DNA from: an uncultured Marinobacter sp.
GTDB taxonomy: Bacteria > Pseudomonadota > Gammaproteobacteria > Pseudomonadales > Oleiphilaceae
DNA: 34,585 bases
Direction of reading: 5' to 3'
Assembly: GCA_964521055.1 (NCBI GenBank)
Contig: CAZFPG010000001.1
Span: 1-34,585 of the forward strand
Part shown: one piece after another, positions 1 through 8,234 of the stretch
Layout of the letters: each line of letters begins with the position of its first letter
How positions within the stretch are numbered: the first letter of the stretch is position 1
The notes under the pieces: model-generated
The model's database searches: none
What the model saw: the letters and a program-made list of their open reading frames with translations, nothing else
What the model was told of the DNA's origin: nothing
Program-made: the position numbers and the translations under genes

Positions 1-90
1 CAACTCTACGCGCCTATCCTCCAGGAAGGCATGCAATCCATCCATGAAGCCGGGGACTTCATCCGGGCACGGTTGACCAGCCGGGATTAG
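1..90 (+). CDS. 3' end of an alpha/beta-hydrolase (HSL-family esterase/lipase-like), truncated by the window edge
   Basis: Frame 1 reads QLYAPILQEGMQSIHEAGDFIRARLTSRD* (TAG at 88-90). This resembles the C-terminal helix that follows the catalytic His in HSL-type esterases. Only 29 codons are visible. Confidence 0.55.
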   Translation, partial: QLYAPILQEGMQSIHEAGDFIRARLTSRD

Positions 91-98
91 GAATGAGC

Positions 99-127
99 GG
101 GGTGCCCTTGACCGCATAGGGCACCCC
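99..127. terminator. Hairpin between convergent genes, probable bidirectional terminator
   Basis: GGGGTGCCCT (99-108) and AGGGCACCCC (118-127) form a perfect 10-bp stem between two convergent stop codons. There is no long U-tract directly adjacent. Confidence 0.6.
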
Positions 128-148
128 AACCTACGGGGTTTCATGGCA

Positions 149-631
149 TCAGCCAGCCGACAATACCCGAACCAGCCCAAGAAGTTGTTTTTGCAAGACC
201 TGACGTTCCGCTTCATCAAGGTCTTCCAGCATCATTGCTTCCAGCTCCGCTATGGCTTCATCGCATTCCGCCAGCAAGGCCTTCCCCGCTCCTGTCAGGC
301 TGATCTGGATAATCCTGCCGTGATTGGGGTCGGGCTGCCGCTCTATCCACCCTTTCCGCTCCATGACTTTCGTCAACTCGTTGGCGGCCTGGGGCGACAC
401 CAGGGTGCGCTCAGCCAACTGCGCATTGGACAGTTGGCCGCGGGTGTTGAAGACCGATAGTGCCGTGTACTGGCCCAGCGTGACCCCCATGGGGTTGATG
501 GCGTGGGTCATATGCCGCCGTAATGACCGGTCCAGGCGCCCTATCAGATAAGGGATGCCCAGCGGACGGCTACCGACTTTCGACACGGGAGTAGATCCTG
601 GGAGCGGATCCTGAAGGTGCTTTTTCATCAT
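149..631 (-). CDS. MarR-family repressor of hydroxycinnamate genes (HcaR/FerR-like)
   Basis: 160 aa with a MarR winged helix (LSNAQLAERTLVSPQAANEL...RQPDPNHGRIIQISLT). It is divergent from ech-fcs, the established layout for these regulators. Confidence 0.85.
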   Translation of the reverse strand: MMKKHLQDPLPGSTPVSKVGSRPLGIPYLIGRLDRSLRRHMTHAINPMGVTLGQYTALSVFNTRGQLSNAQLAERTLVSPQAANELTKVMERKGWIERQPDPNHGRIIQISLTGAGKALLAECDEAIAELEAMMLEDLDEAERQVLQKQLLGLVRVLSAG

Positions 632-675
632 ATTGGCCTTGCGAATTTTGTTAGACGACTATAGTATCAGTTTTA

Positions 676-692
676 TATCAAGTTTGTTGATA
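676..692. promoter_or_regulatory. Putative MarR operator, TATCAA-N5-TTGATA
   Basis: Inverted repeat in the AT-rich divergent marR/ech spacer, with an extra TATCAG half-site at 665-670. Confidence 0.55.
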
Positions 693-729
693 AAGACGTT
701 GTCAGAAACCATTTTAATGGGGTGCAATT

Positions 730-1560
730 ATGAGTAAATACGACGCGCGATGGAATACCGTAAACGTTGATGTTGAGGATGGCATCGCCTGGGTGACCCT
801 GAATCGCCCGGATAAACGTAATGCCATGAGCCCGACGCTCAATCGTGAGATGATTGATGTGCTGGAAACCCTGGAGCTGGATGAAGAGGCCCAGGTACTG
901 GTGCTCACTGGCGCTGGCGAGGCCTGGTCCGCCGGTATGGACTTGAAGGAATACTTCCGCGAAACCGACGGCAAGGCGGAGATCTGGCAGGAAAAAATGC
1001 GCCGTGACTGCTCGCAGTGGCAATGGAAGCTCCTGCGTTTTTATGCAAAGCCCACCATTGCCATGGTTAACGGCTGGTGTTTCGGCGGCGCCTTTTCCCC
1101 GCTGGTGGCCTGTGACCTGGCCTATGCGGCAGACGAAGCCATTTTCGGGCTTTCCGAGATCAACTGGGGCATTCCTCCCGGCAACCTGGTCAGCAAGGCG
1201 GTTGCCGATACCATGGGGCATCGTCAGGCGTTGTACTACATTATGTCCGGGGACACTTTCACCGGTCAGGAAGCAGCGGAAATGGGGCTGGTCAACGCCA
1301 GTGTCCCATTGGCGAACCTGAAGGACGAAGTCACGCGGATTGCAGGTAAAATGCTGGAGAAAAATCCTGTGGTACTGCGGTACGCTAAGCATGGCTTCAA
1401 GCGCTGCCGCGAACTGAACTGGGATCAGAACGAAGATTACCTGTACGCCAAAATCGACCAGTGCATCTACCGGGATCCCGAAAACGGACGTGCCGAGGGA
1501 CTGAAGCAGTTCCTGGATGAGAAAACCATCAAGCCTGGCCTGCAGACCTATAAGCGGTAG
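730..1560 (+). CDS. ech: Hydroxycinnamoyl-CoA hydratase-lyase (feruloyl-CoA hydratase/lyase)
   Basis: 276 aa crotonase with family-specific motifs: SAGMDLKEYFRE, GWCFGGAFSPLVACD, GLSEINWGIPPG (catalytic Glu), EDYLYAK, and C-terminal KPGLQTYKR. Confidence 0.96.
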   Translation: MSKYDARWNTVNVDVEDGIAWVTLNRPDKRNAMSPTLNREMIDVLETLELDEEAQVLVLTGAGEAWSAGMDLKEYFRETDGKAEIWQEKMRRDCSQWQWKLLRFYAKPTIAMVNGWCFGGAFSPLVACDLAYAADEAIFGLSEINWGIPPGNLVSKAVADTMGHRQALYYIMSGDTFTGQEAAEMGLVNASVPLANLKDEVTRIAGKMLEKNPVVLRYAKHGFKRCRELNWDQNEDYLYAKIDQCIYRDPENGRAEGLKQFLDEKTIKPGLQTYKR

Positions 1561-1566
1561 CCGGCA

Positions 1567-1588
1567 GTGGCCCGGGCGACCGGGCCGC
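1567..1588 (+). other. Intercistronic stem-loop after ech
   Basis: GTGGCCCGG-GCGA-CCGGGCCGC, a 9-bp stem with a GNRA loop and no U-tract. Likely an mRNA-stabilising or attenuating hairpin. Confidence 0.5.
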
Positions 1589-1685
1589 CACCCGTGAATA
1601 ACGGGAACAGATAGCAGGAACACGCATCACAAAAATAAAAGTGCCCCCAACCCGGCATCGTTGGCCAGGCACTTCACATGTAATC

Positions 1686-1716
1686 GTCAGGAAGAGCGAC
1701 ACCCGGCTCTTCCGAC
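1686..1716 (+). other. Stem-loop just upstream of the fcs ribosome-binding site
   Basis: GGAAGAGC (1690-1697) pairs with GCTCTTCC (1706-1713), extendable by GTC/GAC. The GGAGG RBS follows. Confidence 0.4.
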
Positions 1717-1734
1717 CCTTAGGGAGGACGACAC

Positions 1735-3597
1735 ATGCATGCCAAAGATGTACCGGCGCCCCGCTCCGGGGCCCGTTATCGCCAGGTGTCCATCGGCTCC
1801 GCCCCAGTTCAGGTAGAGAAAAAGCAGGGCATTTGGCGTTTCACCTCACAGGAAACGCTCCAGGATTACCCACGCTGCCTGACCGACCGTTTGCTCGACG
1901 GGGCCCGCCGGCATCCTGAACGGACGCTGATTGCCCAGAGGGACGACAGTGGTGCCTGGCAGCGGTTGTCCTATGCCGACATGCTGCAGCGGGCCCGCGC
2001 CATCGGGCAGGCGCTGCTGGACCGGGGGCTTTCCGCCGAACGCCCATTGCTGATCCTTTCCGGAAACGACCTGCAGCACTTACAACTGGCCCTGGGCGCG
2101 ATGTACGCGGGTATTCCACATTGCCCGGTTTCGCCCTCCTATTCCCTGATGTCCCGGGATTACGGCAAGCTTCGTCATATTGTGTCGCTGATGACCCCGG
2201 GAATGGTTTATGCCACGGACGGCCAGGGCTTTGCTCCGGCGATTCGGGAGGTGGTGTCAGCCGAAACCGAGGTGGTGGTCGATTACGGCGATGTCGAAGG
2301 CCGTGAGACGACAACACTCAACGCCCTCTTGGCTATGCAGCCCGACGACATCGATCGCAGGAACCAGGCCATCCAGCCCGACGACATCGCCAAGTTCCTG
2401 TTTACCTCGGGTTCCACCAAGCTGCCGAAGGCGGTTGTCACCACCCATCGGATGTTGTGCGCCAACCAACAGATGTTACTGCAAAGCTTTCCCTGTTTCG
2501 GAGAAGAACCACCGGTCCTGCTGGACTGGTTACCCTGGAACCACACCTTTGGCGGCAGTCATAACGTCGGCATTGCGCTGTACAACGGCGGCAGCTATTA
2601 CATCGACGAGGGAAAACCCACGGAGAAGGCGTTTGCCACCACCATCGCCAACCTCCACGAGGTCAGCCCGACGGTCTTCTTCAACGTGCCCAAGGGCTGG
2701 GAATTGCTGACCGATGCATTAGTGGCGGATAAAAGCCTGCGCGATAGTTTTTACGCCCGCATGAAGCTGTTTTTCTTTGCCGGCGCCGGGCTGTCCCAGG
2801 CGGCCTGGGATCGGCTGGAGCAGGTCAGCGAAGCCCATTGCGGCGAACGCATTCGGATCATGAGCGGTTTGGGCATGACCGAAACCGCACCGTCCTGCAC
2901 CTTTACCACCGGGCCCCTGATGTTTGCCGGCTATGTTGGATTGCCGGCGCCAGGTTGCGAGGTAAAACTGGTACCCGTCGGTGGCAAATTCGAAGTGCGG
3001 TTTCGCGGCCCCCACGTTATGCCCGGGTACTGGCGTATGCCGGAACAGACAGCGGCCGCGTTCGACGACGAGGGCTACTACTGCACCGGCGACGCCCTCA
3101 AACTGGCCGATGATAACCACCCGGAATACGGGTTGGTGTTTGACGGCCGTATCGCCGAGGACTTCAAGCTCAGTTCCGGCACTTTTGTCAGCGTCGGCCC
3201 CTTGCGTGCCAGGCTGATCAGCCAGGGTTCGCCCTATGTGCAGGACACTGTCATCACGGGCATTAACCGCGATGACGTTGGTGCACTGATTTTCCCACGG
3301 CTGGACCAATGCCTCACCCTGTCCGGACTGCCAGCGAGCACTCCCCCCGGCGAGATTCTCGATTCCGAACCGGTTCGTACCTTCTTCCATCGGTTGCTGA
3401 ATCGGTTTAACGCGGAGGCGACAGGCTCCTCCAGCCGGGTCGCGTTTGTTTACCTGCTGATCGAACCCCCGGCGGTGGATCAACACGAGATGACCGACAA
3501 GGGGTCTATCAATCAGGCTGCTGTACTCGCCCACCGGGCGGAACTGGTCGACAGGCTCTATGCCGGCCTCGACCCAAGGATTATCCATGCAGACTGA
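1735..3597 (+). CDS. fcs: Feruloyl/hydroxycinnamoyl-CoA synthetase
   Basis: 620 aa ANL adenylating enzyme: FTSGSTKLPKAV P-loop, DWLPWNHTFGG, GLGMTETAP, DGRIAEDFKLSSGTFV, EMTDKGSINQ. Has a GGAGG RBS and lies downstream of ech. Confidence 0.93.
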   Translation: MHAKDVPAPRSGARYRQVSIGSAPVQVEKKQGIWRFTSQETLQDYPRCLTDRLLDGARRHPERTLIAQRDDSGAWQRLSYADMLQRARAIGQALLDRGLSAERPLLILSGNDLQHLQLALGAMYAGIPHCPVSPSYSLMSRDYGKLRHIVSLMTPGMVYATDGQGFAPAIREVVSAETEVVVDYGDVEGRETTTLNALLAMQPDDIDRRNQAIQPDDIAKFLFTSGSTKLPKAVVTTHRMLCANQQMLLQSFPCFGEEPPVLLDWLPWNHTFGGSHNVGIALYNGGSYYIDEGKPTEKAFATTIANLHEVSPTVFFNVPKGWELLTDALVADKSLRDSFYARMKLFFFAGAGLSQAAWDRLEQVSEAHCGERIRIMSGLGMTETAPSCTFTTGPLMFAGYVGLPAPGCEVKLVPVGGKFEVRFRGPHVMPGYWRMPEQTAAAFDDEGYYCTGDALKLADDNHPEYGLVFDGRIAEDFKLSSGTFVSVGPLRARLISQGSPYVQDTVITGINRDDVGALIFPRLDQCLTLSGLPASTPPGEILDSEPVRTFFHRLLNRFNAEATGSSSRVAFVYLLIEPPAVDQHEMTDKGSINQAAVLAHRAELVDRLYAGLDPRIIHAD

Positions 3598-3751
3598 TAA
3601 CCTGATTGCCATCGACATCCACACCCACGCCGAAGTTTCATGTCGCTGTCCGGCGGATAACTTTGGGCATGAGCTGGATGAGGCAGCCGCCGAGAACCTG
3701 TTGGGGTTGGCGGAGACACCGACCCAAGAGGTGACAGTTCCGGAAGCCTGA
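3587..3751 (+). pseudogene. Internally deleted amidohydrolase_2 gene (CouO-like aryl-beta-ketoacyl-CoA hydrolase relic)
   Basis: ATG at 3587 with AAGGA RBS overlaps the fcs stop. The N-terminus MQTDNLIAIDIHTHAEVSC (metal-binding DxHxH) joins directly to a C-terminal-type 'AAENLLGL' segment. Only 54 aa remain of a protein expected to be about 290 aa. Confidence 0.7.
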
Positions 3752-3779
3752 ACACGCTGGATAATGGAGGAACTGGAGC

Positions 3780-4910
3780 ATGTTGACACGTAAGCGCACG
3801 GTGCAGTTTCTGCAGGGCATGGTGTTTGTCGCACTGATCATCCTGGCATGGCGCAACCACTCAGCCTTGGGGTGGTTGATAGCGATCGCGGGCATCGCCG
3901 CCCTGGGGGCCGGTGTGGTTCTCGAGGCAATGCACTGGCGAAAGCTGCTGGGAGCCGTGCCCAAAGCCTCAGAACAGTGGCTTGAAGAGCTCGCAACGAT
4001 GGCAAGCGATCCCGCCGCTAAAGACGGGAGGCGGTTTACGGAAGAGGGCCTGTTGGTCGCGGTGGGAAGGGCGTTCCGCCACTGCCGGGAGGAGCTGCGC
4101 CGAATCCAGGAGCAGTCGGATGCTTGCGAACGTCGCGTGGACGACACGACCAGGGCATTGGATGAAGCCCGGGATGCCCTTGAAACCCACGCGCAGACTA
4201 CCGGCCATACACGAGACCAGTTGACGTCGGTGAAAGCCGGCCTGGCCGAGCATGCAACGTTCACCGAGCGTGCCGGCGTCACCGCCCGGCAAGCGGCGGG
4301 GCATGTGGAAACCGTGGACCAGACAATCAGCCGCATGGCCGGGACCATGGACGAACTGTCCGGGTACACGGGCAACCTGAGGAAAGTGTTTGCCGGGCTT
4401 TCCGAGCAGTCACAGCAGATCGCACAGATTGTTTCCAGTATTCAGGATATAGCTGAACAGACGAATCTCCTTGCCCTCAATGCCGCTATCGAAGCTGCCC
4501 GTGCCGGTGACCTGGGCAGGGGTTTTTCAGTGGTCGCGGACGAAGTCCGTTCACTTGCCGAACGGGCAAACAGCTCCAGCACCGAAATACACCGGATTGC
4601 GCAAAACCTAGGGGAAACGGCCAAAGAGGCGGCCTCTGGTGTGAACCAGGCCTCTGAACGGGTCCAGGACAGTATCTCGCTGGTCCAGGCCGCCAACGTG
4701 GCCATGTCTGAGATTAAGGAGGGCCAACGCATTCGCGCCGGCGTCGTCAGGAACGCGCAGCAGAAAATGGAGGAGTTGCTGGTGGTTGTCGACCAGTTGG
4801 TGGACCGGTTCGAGGACTGTAGCCATCGCACCAAAGGCGTGCCGGGATATCCGATTTTGGCAAAGCACCCCCTTGACACGATCACAAGGAACGATAATTG
4901 CTTGCGTTAA
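3780..4910 (+). CDS. Methyl-accepting chemotaxis protein without a periplasmic ligand-binding domain
   Basis: Two N-terminal hydrophobic helices joined by a very short loop, plus the signalling hairpin [39 protein letters not shown]. Confidence 0.88.
   Translation: MLTRKRTVQFLQGMVFVALIILAWRNHSALGWLIAIAGIAALGAGVVLEAMHWRKLLGAVPKASEQWLEELATMASDPAAKDGRRFTEEGLLVAVGRAFRHCREELRRIQEQSDACERRVDDTTRALDEARDALETHAQTTGHTRDQLTSVKAGLAEHATFTERAGVTARQAAGHVETVDQTISRMAGTMDELSGYTGNLRKVFAGLSEQSQQIAQIVSSIQDIAEQTNLLALNAAIEAARAGDLGRGFSVVADEVRSLAERANSSSTEIHRIAQNLGETAKEAASGVNQASERVQDSISLVQAANVAMSEIKEGQRIRAGVVRNAQQKMEELLVVVDQLVDRFEDCSHRTKGVPGYPILAKHPLDTITRNDNCLR
4848..4864 (-). promoter_or_regulatory. Putative AraC/XylS-type site, TTTGC-N5-TCGGATA (copy 1)
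   Basis: The minus strand reads TTTGCCAAAATCGGATA, 13/17 identical to the copy at 5926-5942. It lies upstream of the araC gene. Confidence 0.4.
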
Positions 4911-4946
4911 TGGCTTGCCAGGAATCCCTATGGAAGTGTTACTCAA

Positions 4947-5933
4947 ATGCCCACGCCAGAAAATCTGAAGCCCAATGACAGTCCGGTTCTGTGCAGCAAA
5001 CTTACCCATGACGTCGAAGAACATGCCGGCGAATTTAACGGATGGGAATTACAATACAATCAACTAACACCGGGGCAATTCGAAGGTAATATCACAGAAC
5101 TCCACCTCAACGAAATGCAGTTGATCCGGGACCAGACCAACTGCTCAATGATCAAAACCGGCCAGTCGTGGGATGGGGCGGTAACATTCAGCCTGCCACT
5201 GGCAAGAGGGGACCATCGCTTTTACTGCGAAGGCCACGCTATCAATACCGCCAGCATTCTGGTGGCCCAGGGGCGGAACCTGCCCGAAGTATGTACACCA
5301 GCGGACCTGGACCTGCTGTGCGTGGCGGTCGATCAACGGCTACTTGAAGAAACCCTGAATTGTCAGCAGCGTAACCTGGACCTGGGAACCAGCCCCCAGT
5401 GTTACCGTATGACGAACTCCGCCTGCCGGATGGATCTGGCGATGCTGGCCACGGAAGTCCTGGACGAGCAGAACCTTCAGCGACAGGCCCTGCTATCCCA
5501 TGAAACCATCAGAAACGGTATTCGCGACACCATTCTTGTACACATGCTGGACCTGACCGATGTCGAGGAGATGACTCCCCTGACACCCCACGCGCGCAAG
5601 AGGATAGTTGACCGGGCTTGCGAGTACGCTTTGTCCCTCAAGGACAATCCGCCCTCCATCATAGAGCTATGTAACCATGTGGGCGCAAGCCGGAGAAAGC
5701 TGCAGTACTGTTTTCAGGAAACCCTGGGGACAAATCCAGTCGCCTACCTGAGGACGCTAAGACTTAATGCCGCACACCGGGACCTCCTGGTGCATCCCCG
5801 CACAGTTACTGTGCAGGATGTAGCTGCCAGGTGGGGCTTCTGGCACCTGAGCCGTTTCGCAACCGATTACCGGCGGCTGTTCGGTGAACGCCCATCAGAA
5901 ACCCTGCAACGCGCCGCGAAAAACATTTGCTGA
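4947..5933 (+). CDS. AraC-family transcriptional regulator (EutR-like)
   Basis: 328 aa. N-terminal WELQYNQLTPGQFEG sensor domain and C-terminal double HTH (GASRRKLQYCFQETLG...WGFWHLSRFATDYRRLFGERPSETL). Confidence 0.92.
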   Translation: MPTPENLKPNDSPVLCSKLTHDVEEHAGEFNGWELQYNQLTPGQFEGNITELHLNEMQLIRDQTNCSMIKTGQSWDGAVTFSLPLARGDHRFYCEGHAINTASILVAQGRNLPEVCTPADLDLLCVAVDQRLLEETLNCQQRNLDLGTSPQCYRMTNSACRMDLAMLATEVLDEQNLQRQALLSHETIRNGIRDTILVHMLDLTDVEEMTPLTPHARKRIVDRACEYALSLKDNPPSIIELCNHVGASRRKLQYCFQETLGTNPVAYLRTLRLNAAHRDLLVHPRTVTVQDVAARWGFWHLSRFATDYRRLFGERPSETLQRAAKNIC

Positions 5934-5942
5934 TTTCGGATA
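5926..5942 (+). promoter_or_regulatory. Putative AraC/XylS-type site, TTTGC-N5-TCGGATA (copy 2)
   Basis: TTTGCTGATTTCGGATA overlaps the araC stop codon, about 70 bp upstream of the channel-MFS-amidase operon. Fits a TGCN-N6-GGATA pattern. Confidence 0.5.
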
Positions 5943-6013
5943 ACCCCCGATAGCGCTCCCTTTGTAATGTGGTTGTACAACAAGTACCACAAACAACATT
6001 GGGAGTGCTTTTT

Positions 6014-6934
6014 ATGAACGCCCAACCCGTCAACCAAACGTTGCTGGCTGCAACCTTATCTCTTACTGCCGCTGTGGCGCCCGCCACCGAAAACGGATCC
6101 CCTTCAACCGCCCTGGGCCTCTATGATTTCGGAACCGGCTTCATGCCACCCGCAACCGAAGGGGGCACACTGGGACTGCGTACTGCCTATTATTCCGCGG
6201 CGGACCTTAAAGATGGTGACGGAAACACCGCCCCCGGCGACTTTTCCATGGATGTACTGTCGGTTGCCATCGCCTACATCAAGATGACCGATTACAAGCT
6301 CTTCGGCGGCAAATATGGCTTCGGGGCTGTCCTGCCTTTTTTCCACATGGATGGTTCAATCGAGGTACCCACGCCTATAGGAACCTTTACCGACAGCGAC
6401 AGGGTTTTTCGGCAGGCGGATTTTCAGGTGCTGCCGCTGATCCTGCAATGGAATCCAAGCCAGGGCCTCGGCGTGAACGCACAGCTCCAGATTCAGGCTC
6501 CCACCGGAGACTATGACGCTGATCGCTTTGTGTCTCCGGGCCTGAACCACTGGACGTTTTCACCGATTCTCAACGCCACCTACATTTCCGAATCCGGCTT
6601 TGAAGTGTCGTCCAGCTTCCAGCTCGACTTTAACACCCGTAACGATGACACCGACTATCGGAGCGGTACCGAATATCGACAGGAGTTTGGTATCGGGCAA
6701 CACGTTGGTGACTGGACCGTTGGCATTGGCGGCTACTACTACCACCAGATCACCGACGACGATGCTCCATCCCTGAGCGGTGGCAATCGGGCCCAGGCAA
6801 TAGCAGCCGGCCCGGCGGTCAGTTTTTTCAGGCCTGGCCTACCCGCCGTATGGCTCCACGTTTACCAGGAATTTGAAGCACGCAACCGGGCGGAGGGCTA
6901 CAACATAGGCCTCCGCATCGCGAAAACATTCTAA
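6014..6934 (+). CDS. Outer-membrane beta-barrel channel (SphA/COG4313/Phenol_MetA_deg-like)
   Basis: Start moved to ATG 6014 (GGGAG RBS at 6001-6005). Signal peptide ending APA-TENG, motif APTGDYD...SPGLNHWTFSP, amphipathic strands, terminal Phe. Confidence 0.82.
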   Translation: MNAQPVNQTLLAATLSLTAAVAPATENGSPSTALGLYDFGTGFMPPATEGGTLGLRTAYYSAADLKDGDGNTAPGDFSMDVLSVAIAYIKMTDYKLFGGKYGFGAVLPFFHMDGSIEVPTPIGTFTDSDRVFRQADFQVLPLILQWNPSQGLGVNAQLQIQAPTGDYDADRFVSPGLNHWTFSPILNATYISESGFEVSSSFQLDFNTRNDDTDYRSGTEYRQEFGIGQHVGDWTVGIGGYYYHQITDDDAPSLSGGNRAQAIAAGPAVSFFRPGLPAVWLHVYQEFEARNRAEGYNIGLRIAKTF

Positions 6935-8169
6935 TGGGAAACACTGTTATGAAAAACAATAACGCAACACCTCGCCACCCAACGGTCAAGCGTGAAGGAT
7001 GGGTAGTGGTTCTTGCCAGTAGCCTGACAATCATGGGCTCTGTGATGGTTGCCCCCATACTGCCCAAACTCGCTGCGGAGTTTGGTCCCATAGACGCGGA
7101 AGCAGATGTTCTGGTACCCATCGCAATAACCGGACCTGCACTGGCGATAGCACTGTTTGCACCCTTCTCGGGATGGCTCGCGGACAGGTTCGGACGCAAG
7201 AACCTTCTGGTGTTGGCAACGCTGTTGTATGCCCTGCTGGGCGCCTTGCCCGCCCTGTTGAATGACCTGTCAGGCATTGTCGCCGCCCGGTTTATGTTCG
7301 GGTGCGCGGAAGCAGCCATTATGACCTGCTGCGCCGCACTGATTGCAGACTACTGGTACGGTGAAGACAGGCTAAAGCTTATCAACTATCAGGTAGTGAC
7401 CATCGGTATTGTCGGGGCGCTGTTCTTCGTCATTGGCGGGGCCTTGGGCGAGCACTCGTGGAGAACGCCGTTTTACCTGTATCTGCTCCCATTGCTACTG
7501 ATCCCGTTTATGTTAAAGCTGCTCTGGGAACCGATGAAACAGGACGAGGCCGAGACCGCCAGCGGACCAAACCAGGTGGCCCTGACTACCGTTGTGATCG
7601 GTTACCTACTGGTTATGTTCGGCATGGTCCTGAACTTTATCGTGCCGGTTCAGACACCAACCCTTCTCGTCAGCATGGGGGAGACCTCAAGCACCATGAT
7701 CGGCATGTCCACCGGGCTTGGGTTACTGGCAACACTGGTGGGGGCCATCTGTTGGCCATGGATTCGCCGTACAGCGGGCATTCCCGGCTGCAATATGCTG
7801 CTATTCCTGCTACTGGCCATCGGGCTCTGGCGTTTATCAGAAGCCCAGACCTACAACGAAGTATTGTTTGCGGTCTGTATTCACGGGGTTGGCGCGGGCC
7901 TGCTGGTACCCAATGCGATGGCACCGGTAATGAACGCACTCTCATCGGAAACCCGGGGGCGCGGCATGGGCGGGTTCACCTCATCGCTCTATTTCGGCCA
8001 GTTTGTAAGCCCTCTCGTGATCGCCGCGGTGGCCACCCAGGTTCCAGACCTTGCCAGCGCCATCTATGTAATGGCATGGGCAAGCCTGGTGGCTTCCGGG
8101 ATCTGGCTGCTATCGGCCTTGTGGTCAAGGATGTCATCCGTATCAAAGCCCGATACCCCGGCCGCCTGA
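6934..8169 (+). CDS. MFS transporter
   Basis: About 12 hydrophobic segments with motif A (GWLADRFGRKNLL). Coupled to the upstream gene via TAATG; an alternative start exists at 6949. Confidence 0.92.
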   Translation: MGNTVMKNNNATPRHPTVKREGWVVVLASSLTIMGSVMVAPILPKLAAEFGPIDAEADVLVPIAITGPALAIALFAPFSGWLADRFGRKNLLVLATLLYALLGALPALLNDLSGIVAARFMFGCAEAAIMTCCAALIADYWYGEDRLKLINYQVVTIGIVGALFFVIGGALGEHSWRTPFYLYLLPLLLIPFMLKLLWEPMKQDEAETASGPNQVALTTVVIGYLLVMFGMVLNFIVPVQTPTLLVSMGETSSTMIGMSTGLGLLATLVGAICWPWIRRTAGIPGCNMLLFLLLAIGLWRLSEAQTYNEVLFAVCIHGVGAGLLVPNAMAPVMNALSSETRGRGMGGFTSSLYFGQFVSPLVIAAVATQVPDLASAIYVMAWASLVASGIWLLSALWSRMSSVSKPDTPAA

Positions 8170-8234
8170 CACAGTATCAATCACAGGTGTGCCCTGGCAT
8201 CAGCTATCGGCCCCTTTAGCTTGAAGGAAAACAC

